Source of the DNA: Rubrobacteraceae bacterium
Lineage (GTDB): Bacteria; Actinomycetota; Rubrobacteria; Rubrobacterales; Rubrobacteraceae
Length of the DNA: 60,508 nucleotides
Assembly: GCA_035689095.1 (NCBI GenBank)
Contig: DASSMB010000195.1
Span: 1 to 60,508 of the forward strand
Direction: 5' to 3'
This document shows, piece after piece, positions 29,521 through 39,135 of this stretch. The notes beneath the pieces were generated by a model. The model had not been told where the DNA came from. It saw only the letters and a program-made list of their open reading frames with translations, and made no database searches. Position 1 is the first letter of the stretch, and every line of letters begins with the position of its first letter. Made by a program: the position numbers and the translations under genes.

Positions 29521-30222
29521 TTGACAAACGCGCCGGAACGGATCGCGCCGGGCGTCTATCGCGTTGACGCTGTAGGCCTCTCGAACGTCATAAACGTGCT
29601 GCTGCTGGAAGACAGCGGCGGCTGGACGCTCGTGGATACCGGGGTCGGGAGCAGTGCCGCTCGTATACAGGATGCTCTGTCCGCGCTCGGCTCGGGACCG
29701 GAAGACCTCAAGAGCATCTTCCTCACACACCAGCACAACGATCACGTCGGCGGACTACACGCAATGCTGGAGTGGGCCCCGAACGCGAAGGTTGGAGCTT
29801 CGGAGCACGAAGCGGATGTAATATCGGGCCGACGCGGGTTCGACCCGCAGAGCAGCCCGGTCCTCCGCTACCTGTCCCGCAACGCGAAGCCGCCAGGAGT
29901 GACCGTTCAGAAGGTGGTACGCGATGGGGATCTCGTCTCGGGGTTCCGCGTGATCCCAACGCCGGGCCACACTCGTGGTCACGTTTCACTCCTGCGGGAC
30001 GAGGACGGTCTCCTCTTTACCGCCGACGCTTTCGGGTGCCTGCCGCGCAAGCTCAGGGTCGGTGTCCGAAAAGCTTTCTGCACAGACCCCGAGCAGGCGA
30101 GGCGCTCGGCCGGGAAGCTGCTCGACGAAGACTTCGCAACGGTGGTTTTCGCCCACGGCAAGCCCCTGCGGACCGGAGCGAAGGCGCGGCTGCGCGAGGT
30201 CGTGGCGAAGTGCCGGTACTAG
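29521..30222 (+). CDS. MBL-fold metallo-hydrolase
   Basis: 'LTHQHNDHVGG' HxHxDH motif, 'TPGHTRGH'. TTG start. Confidence 0.8.
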   Translation: MTNAPERIAPGVYRVDAVGLSNVINVLLLEDSGGWTLVDTGVGSSAARIQDALSALGSGPEDLKSIFLTHQHNDHVGGLHAMLEWAPNAKVGASEHEADVISGRRGFDPQSSPVLRYLSRNAKPPGVTVQKVVRDGDLVSGFRVIPTPGHTRGHVSLLRDEDGLLFTADAFGCLPRKLRVGVRKAFCTDPEQARRSAGKLLDEDFATVVFAHGKPLRTGAKARLREVVAKCRY

Positions 30223-30241
30223 AAAGATCGTTGGCGCAAGG

Positions 30242-31840
30242 GTGAACGCGCCGACAGCGGCCGGGGGACGCTACGATGCCATCGTCATCGGCTCGGGGCA
30301 CAACGGGATCATCGCGGCGGCCTACCTAGCGAAGGCGGGCAAGAGCGTCCTGGTGCTGGAGCGGCGCGGGGTCATCGGCGGCGCGACGGTTACGGAGGAG
30401 CCCTGGCCCGGCTACCGGCTCTCGACCTGCTCCTACGTGTGCAGCCTGCTGTTGCCCGAGGTGATCCGGGACCTCGACCTCGTCCGACACGGCTACGACG
30501 TGCGCGCCTTCGACCCACAATACTTCGTCCCCTTCCCGGACGGCCGGTACTTCATGTCTCACCTCGACAGCGCGAAGACGGAGGCCGAGATCCGCAAGTT
30601 CTCCACAAAGGACGTCGCCGCCTACGGCGCATATTGGCGGATGTGGGACCGAATCATCGCCCGGATGCGCCCGCTGCTGATGAAGTCCGCTCCCACGCAG
30701 GCCGACATAGAGCGCGCCTTCGACGGCCCGGAGGGTGAGGAGGACTGGCGGACGCTCACGAAGAAGAGCATCGCGGAGGTCCTGGACGAATACTTCGAGA
30801 GCGAGGAGGTGAAGGCGCCTCTGTGCGTCGGTGGTGTGATCGGGACGAACGCCGGTCCACGAACACCGGGCACCGCCTACGTCAAATATCATCACATCAT
30901 CGGCAACGTCGGAGGCAACCAGGGAGCGTGGGGTTTCGTCCGGGGCGGGATGGGGTCGGTCGCGCACTCGATAGCTTCTTCGGCAAGGGAGCAGGGAGCG
31001 GAGGTCCTGACCGATGCCGAGGTGGAGAGTATCGAAGTCGAAGACGACAGCGCTCGCGGCGTGACGCTACGCGACGGCCGGCGCTTCGAGGCGGGCGTGA
31101 TCCTCTCGAACGCCGACCCGCACCGCACCTACCTGGGCATGGTCGGCGAGAGGCATCTGCCGCAGGATCTCGCGGAAGGCGTGAAGCGCATTAACGTGAA
31201 AGGCTCGGTCGTGAAGGTGCTGCTCGCTCTCGGAGAGCTACCGGACTTCACGGCGCTGCCGGGCAAGAACGTCGGGCCGCAGCACACGGGCGGCATCGTA
31301 ATCAACCCATCGGTAGACTACCTGCAACGGGCGTGGGAGGACTGCGAGGGGGGACGGCCGTCGGAGCGTCCGTTCATGGAAGGCTACGTCCAGAGCGCGA
31401 CGGAGAGCGGACTCGCGCCGGAGGGCAGACACACCATGAGCCTCTTCTGCCAGTACACGCCGTACACGCTGGATAAGGGGACGTGGGAGGAGCGTCGGGA
31501 GGAAATCGGGGCGAACATCGTCGAGACCTTCGCTGAGTACGCGCCGAACCTACCGGACGCTATCGAGCACATGGAGGTACTGGGACCGCCGGACATCGAG
31601 GCGAGGATCGGGATAACGGGCGGCAACATCTTTCACGGGGAGATCCTGCCGGAAAAGATGTTCGCTGGCCGGCCCGTCCCCGGCTACTCGGACTACCGCA
31701 CCCCGATCAACAACCTCTACCTGTGCGGCTCCGGAGCCTGGCCCGGCGGCGCGGTCTTCGGAGCGCCGGGCCGCAACTGCGCCCTCGAAGCTCTGGCCGA
31801 TCTGGACGTGAAGACGGCCCGCGCGCGTCACGTTTCATAG
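30242..31840 (+). CDS. CrtI/phytoene-desaturase-family FAD-dependent oxidoreductase
   Basis: GTG 30242, then 'YDAIVIGSGHNGIIAAAYLAKAGKSVLVLERRGVIGG'. The track ORF (from 29975) extends upstream over the MBL gene and is not credible there. Confidence 0.8.
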   Translation: MNAPTAAGGRYDAIVIGSGHNGIIAAAYLAKAGKSVLVLERRGVIGGATVTEEPWPGYRLSTCSYVCSLLLPEVIRDLDLVRHGYDVRAFDPQYFVPFPDGRYFMSHLDSAKTEAEIRKFSTKDVAAYGAYWRMWDRIIARMRPLLMKSAPTQADIERAFDGPEGEEDWRTLTKKSIAEVLDEYFESEEVKAPLCVGGVIGTNAGPRTPGTAYVKYHHIIGNVGGNQGAWGFVRGGMGSVAHSIASSAREQGAEVLTDAEVESIEVEDDSARGVTLRDGRRFEAGVILSNADPHRTYLGMVGERHLPQDLAEGVKRINVKGSVVKVLLALGELPDFTALPGKNVGPQHTGGIVINPSVDYLQRAWEDCEGGRPSERPFMEGYVQSATESGLAPEGRHTMSLFCQYTPYTLDKGTWEERREEIGANIVETFAEYAPNLPDAIEHMEVLGPPDIEARIGITGGNIFHGEILPEKMFAGRPVPGYSDYRTPINNLYLCGSGAWPGGAVFGAPGRNCALEALADLDVKTARARHVS

Positions 31841-31863
31841 AAACTCGACCAAAAGGAGATACC

Positions 31864-33297
31864 GTGGACACGAAGAGCAAGCTGCAGAACTTCATCGGCG
31901 GAGATCGCGTAGATCCCGCGAACGGCCGTCTCTACGAACTGGTGAACCCGTCCACCGGCGAGGTGTTCGCCGAAGCGCCGGCTTCGAGCAAGGAGGACGT
32001 GGACCGGGCGTTCGAGGCGGCCGAGAAGTCGTTCGAGACGTGGCGGGATTCGACGCCCAGTCAGAGGCAGCTCGCGCTGCTCAGGCTCGCCGATGCGATA
32101 GAAGAGCGGGCGGAGGATTTGGTCCGCGCGGAGTCCGAGAACACGGGCAAGCCCATCGGGCTCACGATGGAAGAGGAGATCCCGGCGATGGTGGATCAGA
32201 TCCGGTTCTTCGCCGGAGCCGCCCGGTGTCTGGAGGGCAAGTCCGCCGGAGAGTACATGTCCGGGATGACTTCCTTTATCCGGCGCGAACCCGTCGGGGT
32301 CTGCGCGCAGGTAACGCCCTGGAACTACCCGATGATGATGGCGGTCTGGAAGTTCGCCCCCGCCATCGCCGCCGGTAACACCGTCGTCCTCAAACCCTCC
32401 GACACCACCCCGGTAACGACCGTCATGCTGGCCGAGATGGCAGCCGAGTTCCTCCCCGAAGGGGTCTTCAACGTCGTCTGCGGCGACCGGGACACCGGCC
32501 GCGCGCTCGTCGAGCACCCGACGCCGCAGATGGTCTCTATCACCGGCTCCGTGCGGGCGGGTATGGAGGTGGCGAAGAGCGCAGCCGCGGACCTCAAGCG
32601 AGTCCATCTGGAGCTTGGCGGCAAGGCTCCGGTCATCGTCTTCGACGACGCCGACATCGAGGCGGCGGCCGAGGAGATCTCCGTTGCCGGTTACTTCAAC
32701 GCCGGCCAGGACTGCACCGCCGCGACCCGTGTACTCGCCGCCCCCGGCATCCACGACGACTTCGTGGCCGCCCTCACCGAGCAGGCTAGAGGCACCAAGA
32801 CGGGCGCCCCCGACGACGAGGACGTCCTCTACGGACCCTTGAACAACCCGAACCAACTCCAGCACGTCTCCGGCATGGTGGAGCGCCTGCCCGACCACGC
32901 CGAGGTCGTGACCGGCGGCCAGAAGGTCAACGGTTCGGGCTTCTTCTACGAGCCCACGGTTGTTTCGGGCTTGAGGCAGGACGATGAGGCTTCGCAGAAC
33001 GAGATCTTCGGTCCCGTCATCACCGTCCAGGCGTTCTCCGATGAGGACGAGGCGGTCAGGTGGGCGAACGGCGTGAAGTACGGGCTGGCTTCGAGCGTCT
33101 TCACCAGGGACCACGGCCGGGCGATGCGGGTCAGCAGGCGGCTGGACTTCGGGTGCGTCTGGATCAACACTCACATCCCCCTCGTCGCCGAGATGCCCCA
33201 CGGCGGCTTCAAGCACTCCGGCCACGGCAAGGACCTCTCCATGTACGGCCTGGAGGACTACACCCGCATCAAGCACGTGATGACGAACCTGGGTTAG
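31864..33297 (+). CDS. NAD(P)-dependent aldehyde dehydrogenase (aminobutyraldehyde dehydrogenase-like)
   Basis: GTG 31864 after AAAGGAG. 'FIGGDRVDP', 'VLKPSDTTP', 'ELGGKAP', catalytic 'GQDCTAATR', 'EIFGPV'. Confidence 0.9.
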   Translation: MDTKSKLQNFIGGDRVDPANGRLYELVNPSTGEVFAEAPASSKEDVDRAFEAAEKSFETWRDSTPSQRQLALLRLADAIEERAEDLVRAESENTGKPIGLTMEEEIPAMVDQIRFFAGAARCLEGKSAGEYMSGMTSFIRREPVGVCAQVTPWNYPMMMAVWKFAPAIAAGNTVVLKPSDTTPVTTVMLAEMAAEFLPEGVFNVVCGDRDTGRALVEHPTPQMVSITGSVRAGMEVAKSAAADLKRVHLELGGKAPVIVFDDADIEAAAEEISVAGYFNAGQDCTAATRVLAAPGIHDDFVAALTEQARGTKTGAPDDEDVLYGPLNNPNQLQHVSGMVERLPDHAEVVTGGQKVNGSGFFYEPTVVSGLRQDDEASQNEIFGPVITVQAFSDEDEAVRWANGVKYGLASSVFTRDHGRAMRVSRRLDFGCVWINTHIPLVAEMPHGGFKHSGHGKDLSMYGLEDYTRIKHVMTNLG

Positions 33298-33466
33298 TCA
33301 GTGGGTCAGCGTGGGCGCTCCGATGGGGCGCCCGCGAGGATGTATCTGCTACAGGCATCTGATAAATACCTCCCCCGCGCCCTTGCTATTGCACAACGCG
33401 CGCTGTTATAAGTACGGGAGCAGAACAGCGCCCTGGCGAGGGACTCAGCCGAAGGAGGCAAGGGGT

Positions 33467-34330
33467 ATGGTCGAGACGTTACTTTTCTTCGGTATCGGTT
33501 CGCTTGCCGTGGTCTGCGCCGCAACTCTTGTAGTCTCCACTCTCGCCCTTCGGACCGCGCGCCGGTATGTGGATCTGGCCGAGGAGCGCCTGGAGGACCT
33601 GCGCGAAGGACAGGACCGACTCCTTGCGTTGCTGAGAGAAGAACGTCATATCCCGAGGAAAGAGCCGGAACAGGAGAGCGAAGAGCAGGATCTTGAGCGC
33701 GTAGCTCGAACAAAGAGAGAGCTTCTGGGGCTTCGAACGTCTCCCCGGCGCCAGGAGGCCGGGCCGGAGATCCCTCCGTCTCCTTCCGATGGGCTGGTTG
33801 AGGACACACCAGCGCCCCGCCACCTTCCCTGGGACGTGGAACTACCGAACACGGGAACACGAGAGGGAGCAGGTACAGGGCCATCGGGAACGAAAGCCCG
33901 GAAACCAGGGGAGAACAATCCGGAAGACAAGAGTCAGCGTCGCGCGGTGTGGCGCCCGCACCCGGACGACGACATCGCTCTGGGAAGAGCGGCGGAGCGG
34001 ACACGTTCCCAGAGCGACTCCCCGGTCGAGATGTTCCGCAGGCACTACGACAAGTACCTGGAGAACTACGAAGGTTACGTGAAGCTGGCAGAGAGAATCC
34101 ACCGGATGCGGCGCGAATCCGGAGTGGCTCCCGATTCCCCGGCAGGACGGGAGTGGGAAGAGAGGCTGCGCCGGGCAAACGACGGAATCGACAGGACGAT
34201 CGCGAGGCTCGACATTCTGGAGGAGTACAACCCCGAACTGGCCACCGACGACCGCATCTCCCGCCGAGCCAGCATCGCTCACAGTCACTGGAAGCTCGAT
34301 AGAGGCAAGCCGGAACACAGGGATTCCTGA
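33467..34330 (+). CDS. hypothetical membrane-anchored, highly charged protein
   Basis: GAAGGAGG RBS before ATG 33467. One N-terminal TM ('LLFFGIGSLAVVCAATLVVSTLAL'), then an Arg/Glu-rich, low-complexity middle and a helical C-terminus. Confidence 0.5.
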   Translation: MVETLLFFGIGSLAVVCAATLVVSTLALRTARRYVDLAEERLEDLREGQDRLLALLREERHIPRKEPEQESEEQDLERVARTKRELLGLRTSPRRQEAGPEIPPSPSDGLVEDTPAPRHLPWDVELPNTGTREGAGTGPSGTKARKPGENNPEDKSQRRAVWRPHPDDDIALGRAAERTRSQSDSPVEMFRRHYDKYLENYEGYVKLAERIHRMRRESGVAPDSPAGREWEERLRRANDGIDRTIARLDILEEYNPELATDDRISRRASIAHSHWKLDRGKPEHRDS

Positions 34331-34377
34331 AACCTGTTCGCTATCGCGGCTCCGATCTAGAAGCGATCTAGACGGTT

Positions 34378-35037
34378 CTACATCTCCTTCCCAAGACCGG
34401 CCTCGCGGGCGCGGATGATGGCCTGGGCGCGGTCTGCGACCTGGAGCTTGGTGAAGATGTTCGAGACGTGGTTGCGGACGGTCTTCTGGCTAAGGTGCAG
34501 CTTTTTGGCTATTTCGGGGTTCGTCTCGTGGCAGGCGATGAGCTCCAGTATCTCGTGCTCACGCTCGGTTAGCTCGGGGAAGGCGTCTTTGGCCGCGGCG
34601 GGGCCGGGACTGGCGAAGTACTGCATCAGACGCCGGGCGATAGCTGCCCCGAAGATAGCCTCGCCGCTCATGACGGACCTTATGGCACGCAGGATCTCGG
34701 CTTTTAGAGCGCCTTTTAGCAGGTAGCCGCGGGCTCCCGCCTTGAGCGCGGCGAAGACGGAGTCGTCGTCCTCGTACATGCTTATGACGAGGACGCTTAT
34801 GTGGGGGCTGGTGCGCAGGATGCGGCGGGTAGCCTCTATACCGCCCACGCCCGGCATATTGAGGTCCATCAGGATCACATCCGGCTGCAACTTCGCCGCG
34901 AGCTTTACCGCTTCCTCCCCGTCTCTGGCCTCCCCCACCACCTCCACGTCCGGGGCGGAGAGCAGCAGGGCGCGCAGCCCATCCCGGAAGTGCGGATGGT
35001 CATCGGCTATGAGAACTCTTGTCAACTCCATGCTCAA
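34378..35037 (-). CDS. NarL/LuxR-family response regulator
   Basis: Receiver 'VLIADDHP', 'DVILMDLNMPG'. HTH 'LTEREHEILELIA..LSQKTVRNHVSNIFTKL'. The start overlaps the kinase stop (ATGA). Confidence 0.9.
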   Translation of the reverse strand: MSMELTRVLIADDHPHFRDGLRALLLSAPDVEVVGEARDGEEAVKLAAKLQPDVILMDLNMPGVGGIEATRRILRTSPHISVLVISMYEDDDSVFAALKAGARGYLLKGALKAEILRAIRSVMSGEAIFGAAIARRLMQYFASPGPAAAKDAFPELTEREHEILELIACHETNPEIAKKLHLSQKTVRNHVSNIFTKLQVADRAQAIIRAREAGLGKEM

Positions 35038-37229
35038 GGCTTCCCGATCACCTCCGGCTCTACAGCCTGCCGCGCCCGCGCCCCTCGCGCAAGCGGCAAG
35101 ACGGCCCGGACGCTGGTCCCCCCGGAAGGCGCGGCCCCTACCTTGCAGGAACCGCCGAGCTCCTCGGCACGCTCGCGCATCGAATGAAGCCCCACGCCCG
35201 CCGAACGGTCCTCGGAGATACCACGCCCATCGTCAACGACCTCCACGCGCAGCGCCTCGGCCTCCGGCGCGATCCGTACCACGCAGTTGCGCGCTCCGGC
35301 ATGTCGGATGACGTTGGTTACGGCCTCCTGGACGATGCGGTAGGCGGCGACCTCCACCGCGGCGGGCAGGGGCGGAAGCTCCTCTGGGGCCTCCACTCTC
35401 ACGCGCAGGCCGTTGTGGTCGCCGTGCGCCGCCTGAGCCTGGAGCGCGCCGAGCAGGCCAAGCTCGTCGAGCGCGGGTGGACGGAGACCATAGACCAGGC
35501 GCCGCACGTCGGTGACGGCTTCCTGGGTCTGGCTCGTGATCTGCTCCAGCAGAGCGCCGGAACGCTCCGGGGATGTCTCCAGCAAGTCCCGCGCCGCCTC
35601 GGCCTTCATCGTGAGGCTGGCGAGTTGCGGTCCCAGACCGTCGTGCAGGTCGCGCCGGAGCCTGCGCCGCTCTTCTTCACGCGCCGTTACGAGTTGCTCC
35701 CTCGACTTCTGCAGGTCTTCGGAGAGTCTCAGGGCATCCTCGGTCAGGCGCGTGGCGTGGACGGCGAGGCTGACCTGCCGGGCGAGGTCGTCCAGCAACC
35801 GATGGTCCGCGGGAGAGAACTCCGCCTCGCCGGCGCGCCGCCCCAGGACCAGCCGCCCCACTCGCTCGCCGCCGTAGACGAGTGGCAGGCGCAGCGGAGT
35901 GTCCACCGGCTCTCCCGTGGCCGCCGCGCTCTCGTAGGAACCGTTCCGTTCGATCTCGATGGCCGCGTACGGCGCCTTAAGGGCCTCGGCGACCGTCTTG
36001 ACTACGGTGGACAGCACGGCGTCGGGGGCGAGCGTGGCTTCCAGGTGTTGTCCGAGGCGCGAGAGAGCGGCGTAAGGGTTGTCGCGCTCGCCGTACATCA
36101 GGCGGTTTATGGCACGCTGCAAACGGTCGCGCAGGGGCTGGAAGAGTACGGCTACCAGGCTGGTAGCCACGAGCGATATCAAGAAGCTGTCTTCCGTGTG
36201 GAGCAGCGCTCCGAGGTAGCCGACCACGAAGGCGTAGATCCCGATTACGCAGGCGGTAAGCGTGCCATAGACGAGGGCGCGGTTTATGATGAGGTCGGCC
36301 TTGAACAGATGGTAACGCTGCATCGCAATTCCAAAGGCCACAGGCATCGGCAGCGCGAGCAGCCAGAATACCGGGACGCCGAAGAGGTCGTAGAGCGCCC
36401 GTGCGGAGCCCGACTCCGGCAAGAGCACGTCCGGCAAGTACACTGCTCCATAGCCGATGCACGCCCCGGCGACGATCAGGATGACCCACTTGGTCATGAT
36501 GCGCTGCCTCTGGTCCGCCCGGCGGTAGCGCACCGCCTGAGCCATCAAACCCAGGCCCCATCCGAGCAGCAGGAGGATCAAGAACGCGGCGAACGACGCC
36601 TCGAACGGATCTATGAGGCTGAACCACGCGGTGGGGAATATCCCCCACGCCAGACAGTAGAAAAACCAGGCGACGGCGCTCGCGCGAGTCCATCCGGGCA
36701 CGAAACGGCCGTCCGGGAAGATCAGGAAGAACGTGACCGCCAGGAGCACGCCCGCGGCCTGCGTCAGGTTGGCGATCACCTGCAAGACGGATGGCAGCAC
36801 TAGGGCGTCAAGTGTCTGGGTCACCCATACCGCGTAAGCTACAAAGACGGTGGAAAAGAACAGTGAGGGCCAGTCAGGCTTGTTGCGCCACGCTATAGCA
36901 ATGGAGATCAGCGTCAGGGAGAGCACGAAGAGTATCTCCAGGAACAACACGGCGATGGCGTAGTACGTCCCCTCAGAGAGGAAGCTTTGCAGAGAGCCGA
37001 GGCCGGGACCTAGCTGCGTTGATGCCCGGCGGGCGGTCTCTACCAGTTCCATGTATCTGGCGGGTATGGACAGCACGAACAGTACCAGCGAAATCCCAGC
37101 CAGCACGCGGCCCCCTACACGCGCGGCGATGGGCGCGCGCGGCGTATCCGGCGTCGCGGCCTCAGATCCCATGACCTCCTCCGCCAGCGTGGCGGCGAGT
37201 ACCGGGGGTGGACCACCCGCCCTGCTCAT
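35034..37229 (-). CDS. multi-TM GAF sensor histidine kinase (HisKA_3 type)
   Basis: About 10 N-terminal TM helices and a GAF-like middle. H-box 'RRLRRDLHDGLGPQLASL', N-box 'EAVTNVIRHAGA', 'DDGRGI', 'GVGLHSMRERAEELGG'. Confidence 0.9.
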   Translation of the reverse strand: MSRAGGPPPVLAATLAEEVMGSEAATPDTPRAPIAARVGGRVLAGISLVLFVLSIPARYMELVETARRASTQLGPGLGSLQSFLSEGTYYAIAVLFLEILFVLSLTLISIAIAWRNKPDWPSLFFSTVFVAYAVWVTQTLDALVLPSVLQVIANLTQAAGVLLAVTFFLIFPDGRFVPGWTRASAVAWFFYCLAWGIFPTAWFSLIDPFEASFAAFLILLLLGWGLGLMAQAVRYRRADQRQRIMTKWVILIVAGACIGYGAVYLPDVLLPESGSARALYDLFGVPVFWLLALPMPVAFGIAMQRYHLFKADLIINRALVYGTLTACVIGIYAFVVGYLGALLHTEDSFLISLVATSLVAVLFQPLRDRLQRAINRLMYGERDNPYAALSRLGQHLEATLAPDAVLSTVVKTVAEALKAPYAAIEIERNGSYESAAATGEPVDTPLRLPLVYGGERVGRLVLGRRAGEAEFSPADHRLLDDLARQVSLAVHATRLTEDALRLSEDLQKSREQLVTAREEERRRLRRDLHDGLGPQLASLTMKAEAARDLLETSPERSGALLEQITSQTQEAVTDVRRLVYGLRPPALDELGLLGALQAQAAHGDHNGLRVRVEAPEELPPLPAAVEVAAYRIVQEAVTNVIRHAGARNCVVRIAPEAEALRVEVVDDGRGISEDRSAGVGLHSMRERAEELGGSCKVGAAPSGGTSVRAVLPLARGARARQAVEPEVIGKP

Positions 37230-37408
37230 CCGCAGCCCCTACCATAAGTAAATAATGACACGAACATCAACTCAGCGCATCTCCCGAAAGGTCTGGCGCG
37301 TCAGAAGGCGCCGGGTACCGGACGGAGAACGCGGGACCAGTCCCGCCGGTCAGATCCAGGACGCCAGACAGCAACATGAGCGGCGGCAAACGTTTCTTAC
37401 TCCTCTCA

Positions 37409-38032
37409 TCAGACGGCGGGGGCCGAGGCGACCGGCGTCTCTTTCTCGGAGACTAGCGCGTAGCCGAGCCACGTCCAGGCGAGCGCCGTAATAATGAAGG
37501 GCGGGAGCAAGAGCAGGTAGGACTGGTCGATGCCGCTCAAGAAAAGGGCGAGCTGCCAGGCGGGTCCCACGCCCATCATGACCGCCGCCTCCTTCGGAAA
37601 GATACCCGCCCTGTAAGTGGCGACGCCTAGCAGGACCGAGCCTGTCGCGTAGAAGAAGTGGGAGATGGCGTGCGTAGCGAAAATGGGAGCAGCCAACGCC
37701 GCCTCATCGCCGGATACCAGCCCGATGACCACGATAGCTGCGCTTCCGATAGCCCCCAGCGAGAGTCCGAATGCCGTCAGGTAAAACCCCGTCCTGCCCG
37801 TGAGCCCGAAATAGCTCCGCTGCCGCAGGTACATCCCGACCGCTCCCAACATCAGGAAGACGTACATCGGGGCGTAGAACAGGTAGATAAACTCCTGGCC
37901 CCCGAAGAAAGTCCCCCTGGCCTGCTCGGCGAAGATACCGTAAATCAAGTAGACCATCCCGAAGGTGGCGATGTACAACACGCCGCCAAGCATAGCGGCC
38001 GGACCGCCGTATCGGATCAATTTCGACGGCAT
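37409..38032 (-). CDS. hypothetical polytopic membrane protein
   Basis: AAGGAG RBS before ATG 38032 (MPSKLIRYGG...). 6-7 TM helices. The track start 38140 overlaps the upstream gene and lacks an RBS. Confidence 0.55.
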   Translation of the reverse strand: MPSKLIRYGGPAAMLGGVLYIATFGMVYLIYGIFAEQARGTFFGGQEFIYLFYAPMYVFLMLGAVGMYLRQRSYFGLTGRTGFYLTAFGLSLGAIGSAAIVVIGLVSGDEAALAAPIFATHAISHFFYATGSVLLGVATYRAGIFPKEAAVMMGVGPAWQLALFLSGIDQSYLLLLPPFIITALAWTWLGYALVSEKETPVASAPAV

Positions 38033-38084
38033 CCACAAGCTCCTTTCTCTTAGGCGCGACGGCGTTTCGTCTCCACGGCCAGAA

Positions 38085-38789
38085 CTAGCCACGCGTCGGC
38101 GGAAAATCAGCGCAGTTGACATAGACCGTAAGGGTCCCACTCGCGGTCGTGTCGGGGTTATCTAAGATTACGTGCCATCCCCCTGGGTTGACCTGTCCGG
38201 TCTCGGCGTCGAACCTTTCGTCCACCCGCTGTTCGCTGAAGACCTTCAGGTAAGCCCCGGCTCTTGCGATGGCGTAGCTGCCGCTCACGGCCACGTCTCC
38301 CGTATCGCAAGAGGTTGTTACGCCATCCGAAGAGCCAGCAGGTATCGTCTGCGTTACGGATTTCTCGTAGATCTCGGCCGGCAGGAATTTTGAGGAGTCC
38401 TGGCCGTCGAGCTTGTCGGCGTCGGCAGCCTTGCCGGTGCTCGTGAGGAAGCCCGTGGAATCTACGCCATCCAGCTTGTCGGAGTTGAGGTTGGCTACTT
38501 TGGTTGCGGAGTTGACCTTCATCGGCGCCTTGCCGGCGCTTACGCGAAGATCCAGCGCCGGGCCACCCGAGGGGTTGCTGACCAGCAGCGCGGCGCCACT
38601 CGCCACCTTGCCCACCACGCCCGTCACCCTGGTGGCGACGTTGGTGGCCTTGCCCAGGATAAGGCTGCCGCCGTTGGCTCCGAAGGCTTCGGAGGCCAGA
38701 CCGAATGTCAGAGCGAGCATTACCGCCACGCCCAGGGTAAGGGCCGTTCCGCGGGCTATCCCGAACGCTTTGCTGAGGATGTTCTTCAT
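38085..38789 (-). CDS. secreted tail-fibre-like protein
   Basis: Start at MKNILSK (38789). Signal 'GTALTLGVAVMLALTFGLASEAFG'. Two 'DKLDGxDSxxF' motifs of the kind seen in phage tail-fibre/needle-like proteins. Cys-containing C-terminal globular part. Confidence 0.6.
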   Translation of the reverse strand: MKNILSKAFGIARGTALTLGVAVMLALTFGLASEAFGANGGSLILGKATNVATRVTGVVGKVASGAALLVSNPSGGPALDLRVSAGKAPMKVNSATKVANLNSDKLDGVDSTGFLTSTGKAADADKLDGQDSSKFLPAEIYEKSVTQTIPAGSSDGVTTSCDTGDVAVSGSYAIARAGAYLKVFSEQRVDERFDAETGQVNPGGWHVILDNPDTTASGTLTVYVNCADFPPTRG

Positions 38790-38838
38790 CGTCTCTTCTC
38801 TCCTTGCTTGCTGTCCGTTCCCACGACCAGCCCTCGCG

Positions 38839-39135
38839 TCATCTGATGGTGAAGTACCAGGACTTCGCGCCGACATTCCCGGCCGCATCAGTGGCCACTA
38901 TCTTCACCGTCTTCTTGCCCTTCGCGAGCCTCGGCGAGTTGTAGACGAGCGACCCCGTCGATGCCGCGTAGCTGTACTTCGTGGAGGAGATGAGCACGCC
39001 GTTAACGTAGAGCTTGATGTTGGCCTTGCCAAGCGGCCTGTTGTCTTTGACGATGGCCTTGATGGTCGGCGTCGTGTCGCGGATGATCGAGCCGAGCCTG
39101 GGGGACATGCCACTGATCGTCGGCTTTATGGTGTC
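38839..39135. repeat. copy A of a ~300-bp near-identical segment (shared C-terminal Ig-like domain)
   Basis: Shares identical runs of 25, 41, 45 and 33 nt with 42952-43248. Confidence 0.85.

Noticed and set aside
29975-30241. 5' extension of the CrtI-like oxidoreductase ORF (track start 29975).
   Set aside because: It overlaps the MBL hydrolase gene in another frame. The dinucleotide-binding motif begins right after GTG 30242.
31828-33276. 482-aa minus-strand ORF antisense to the aldehyde dehydrogenase.
   Set aside because: Low-complexity Gly/Arg/Asp/Val-rich product with no RBS. The plus strand encodes a complete ALDH with catalytic motifs.
35019-36803. 594-aa plus-strand ORF antisense to the sensor kinase.
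   Set aside because: Arg/Gly/Gln-rich nonsense-like sequence. The minus strand has the full TM-GAF-HisKA_3-HATPase architecture.
38046-38060. An 8-mer 'tctcttag' resembling the conserved promoter motif, upstream of the membrane protein gene.
   Set aside because: It is in the opposite orientation relative to the gene, overlaps the RBS complement, and is only 8 nt long, so it is compatible with chance.
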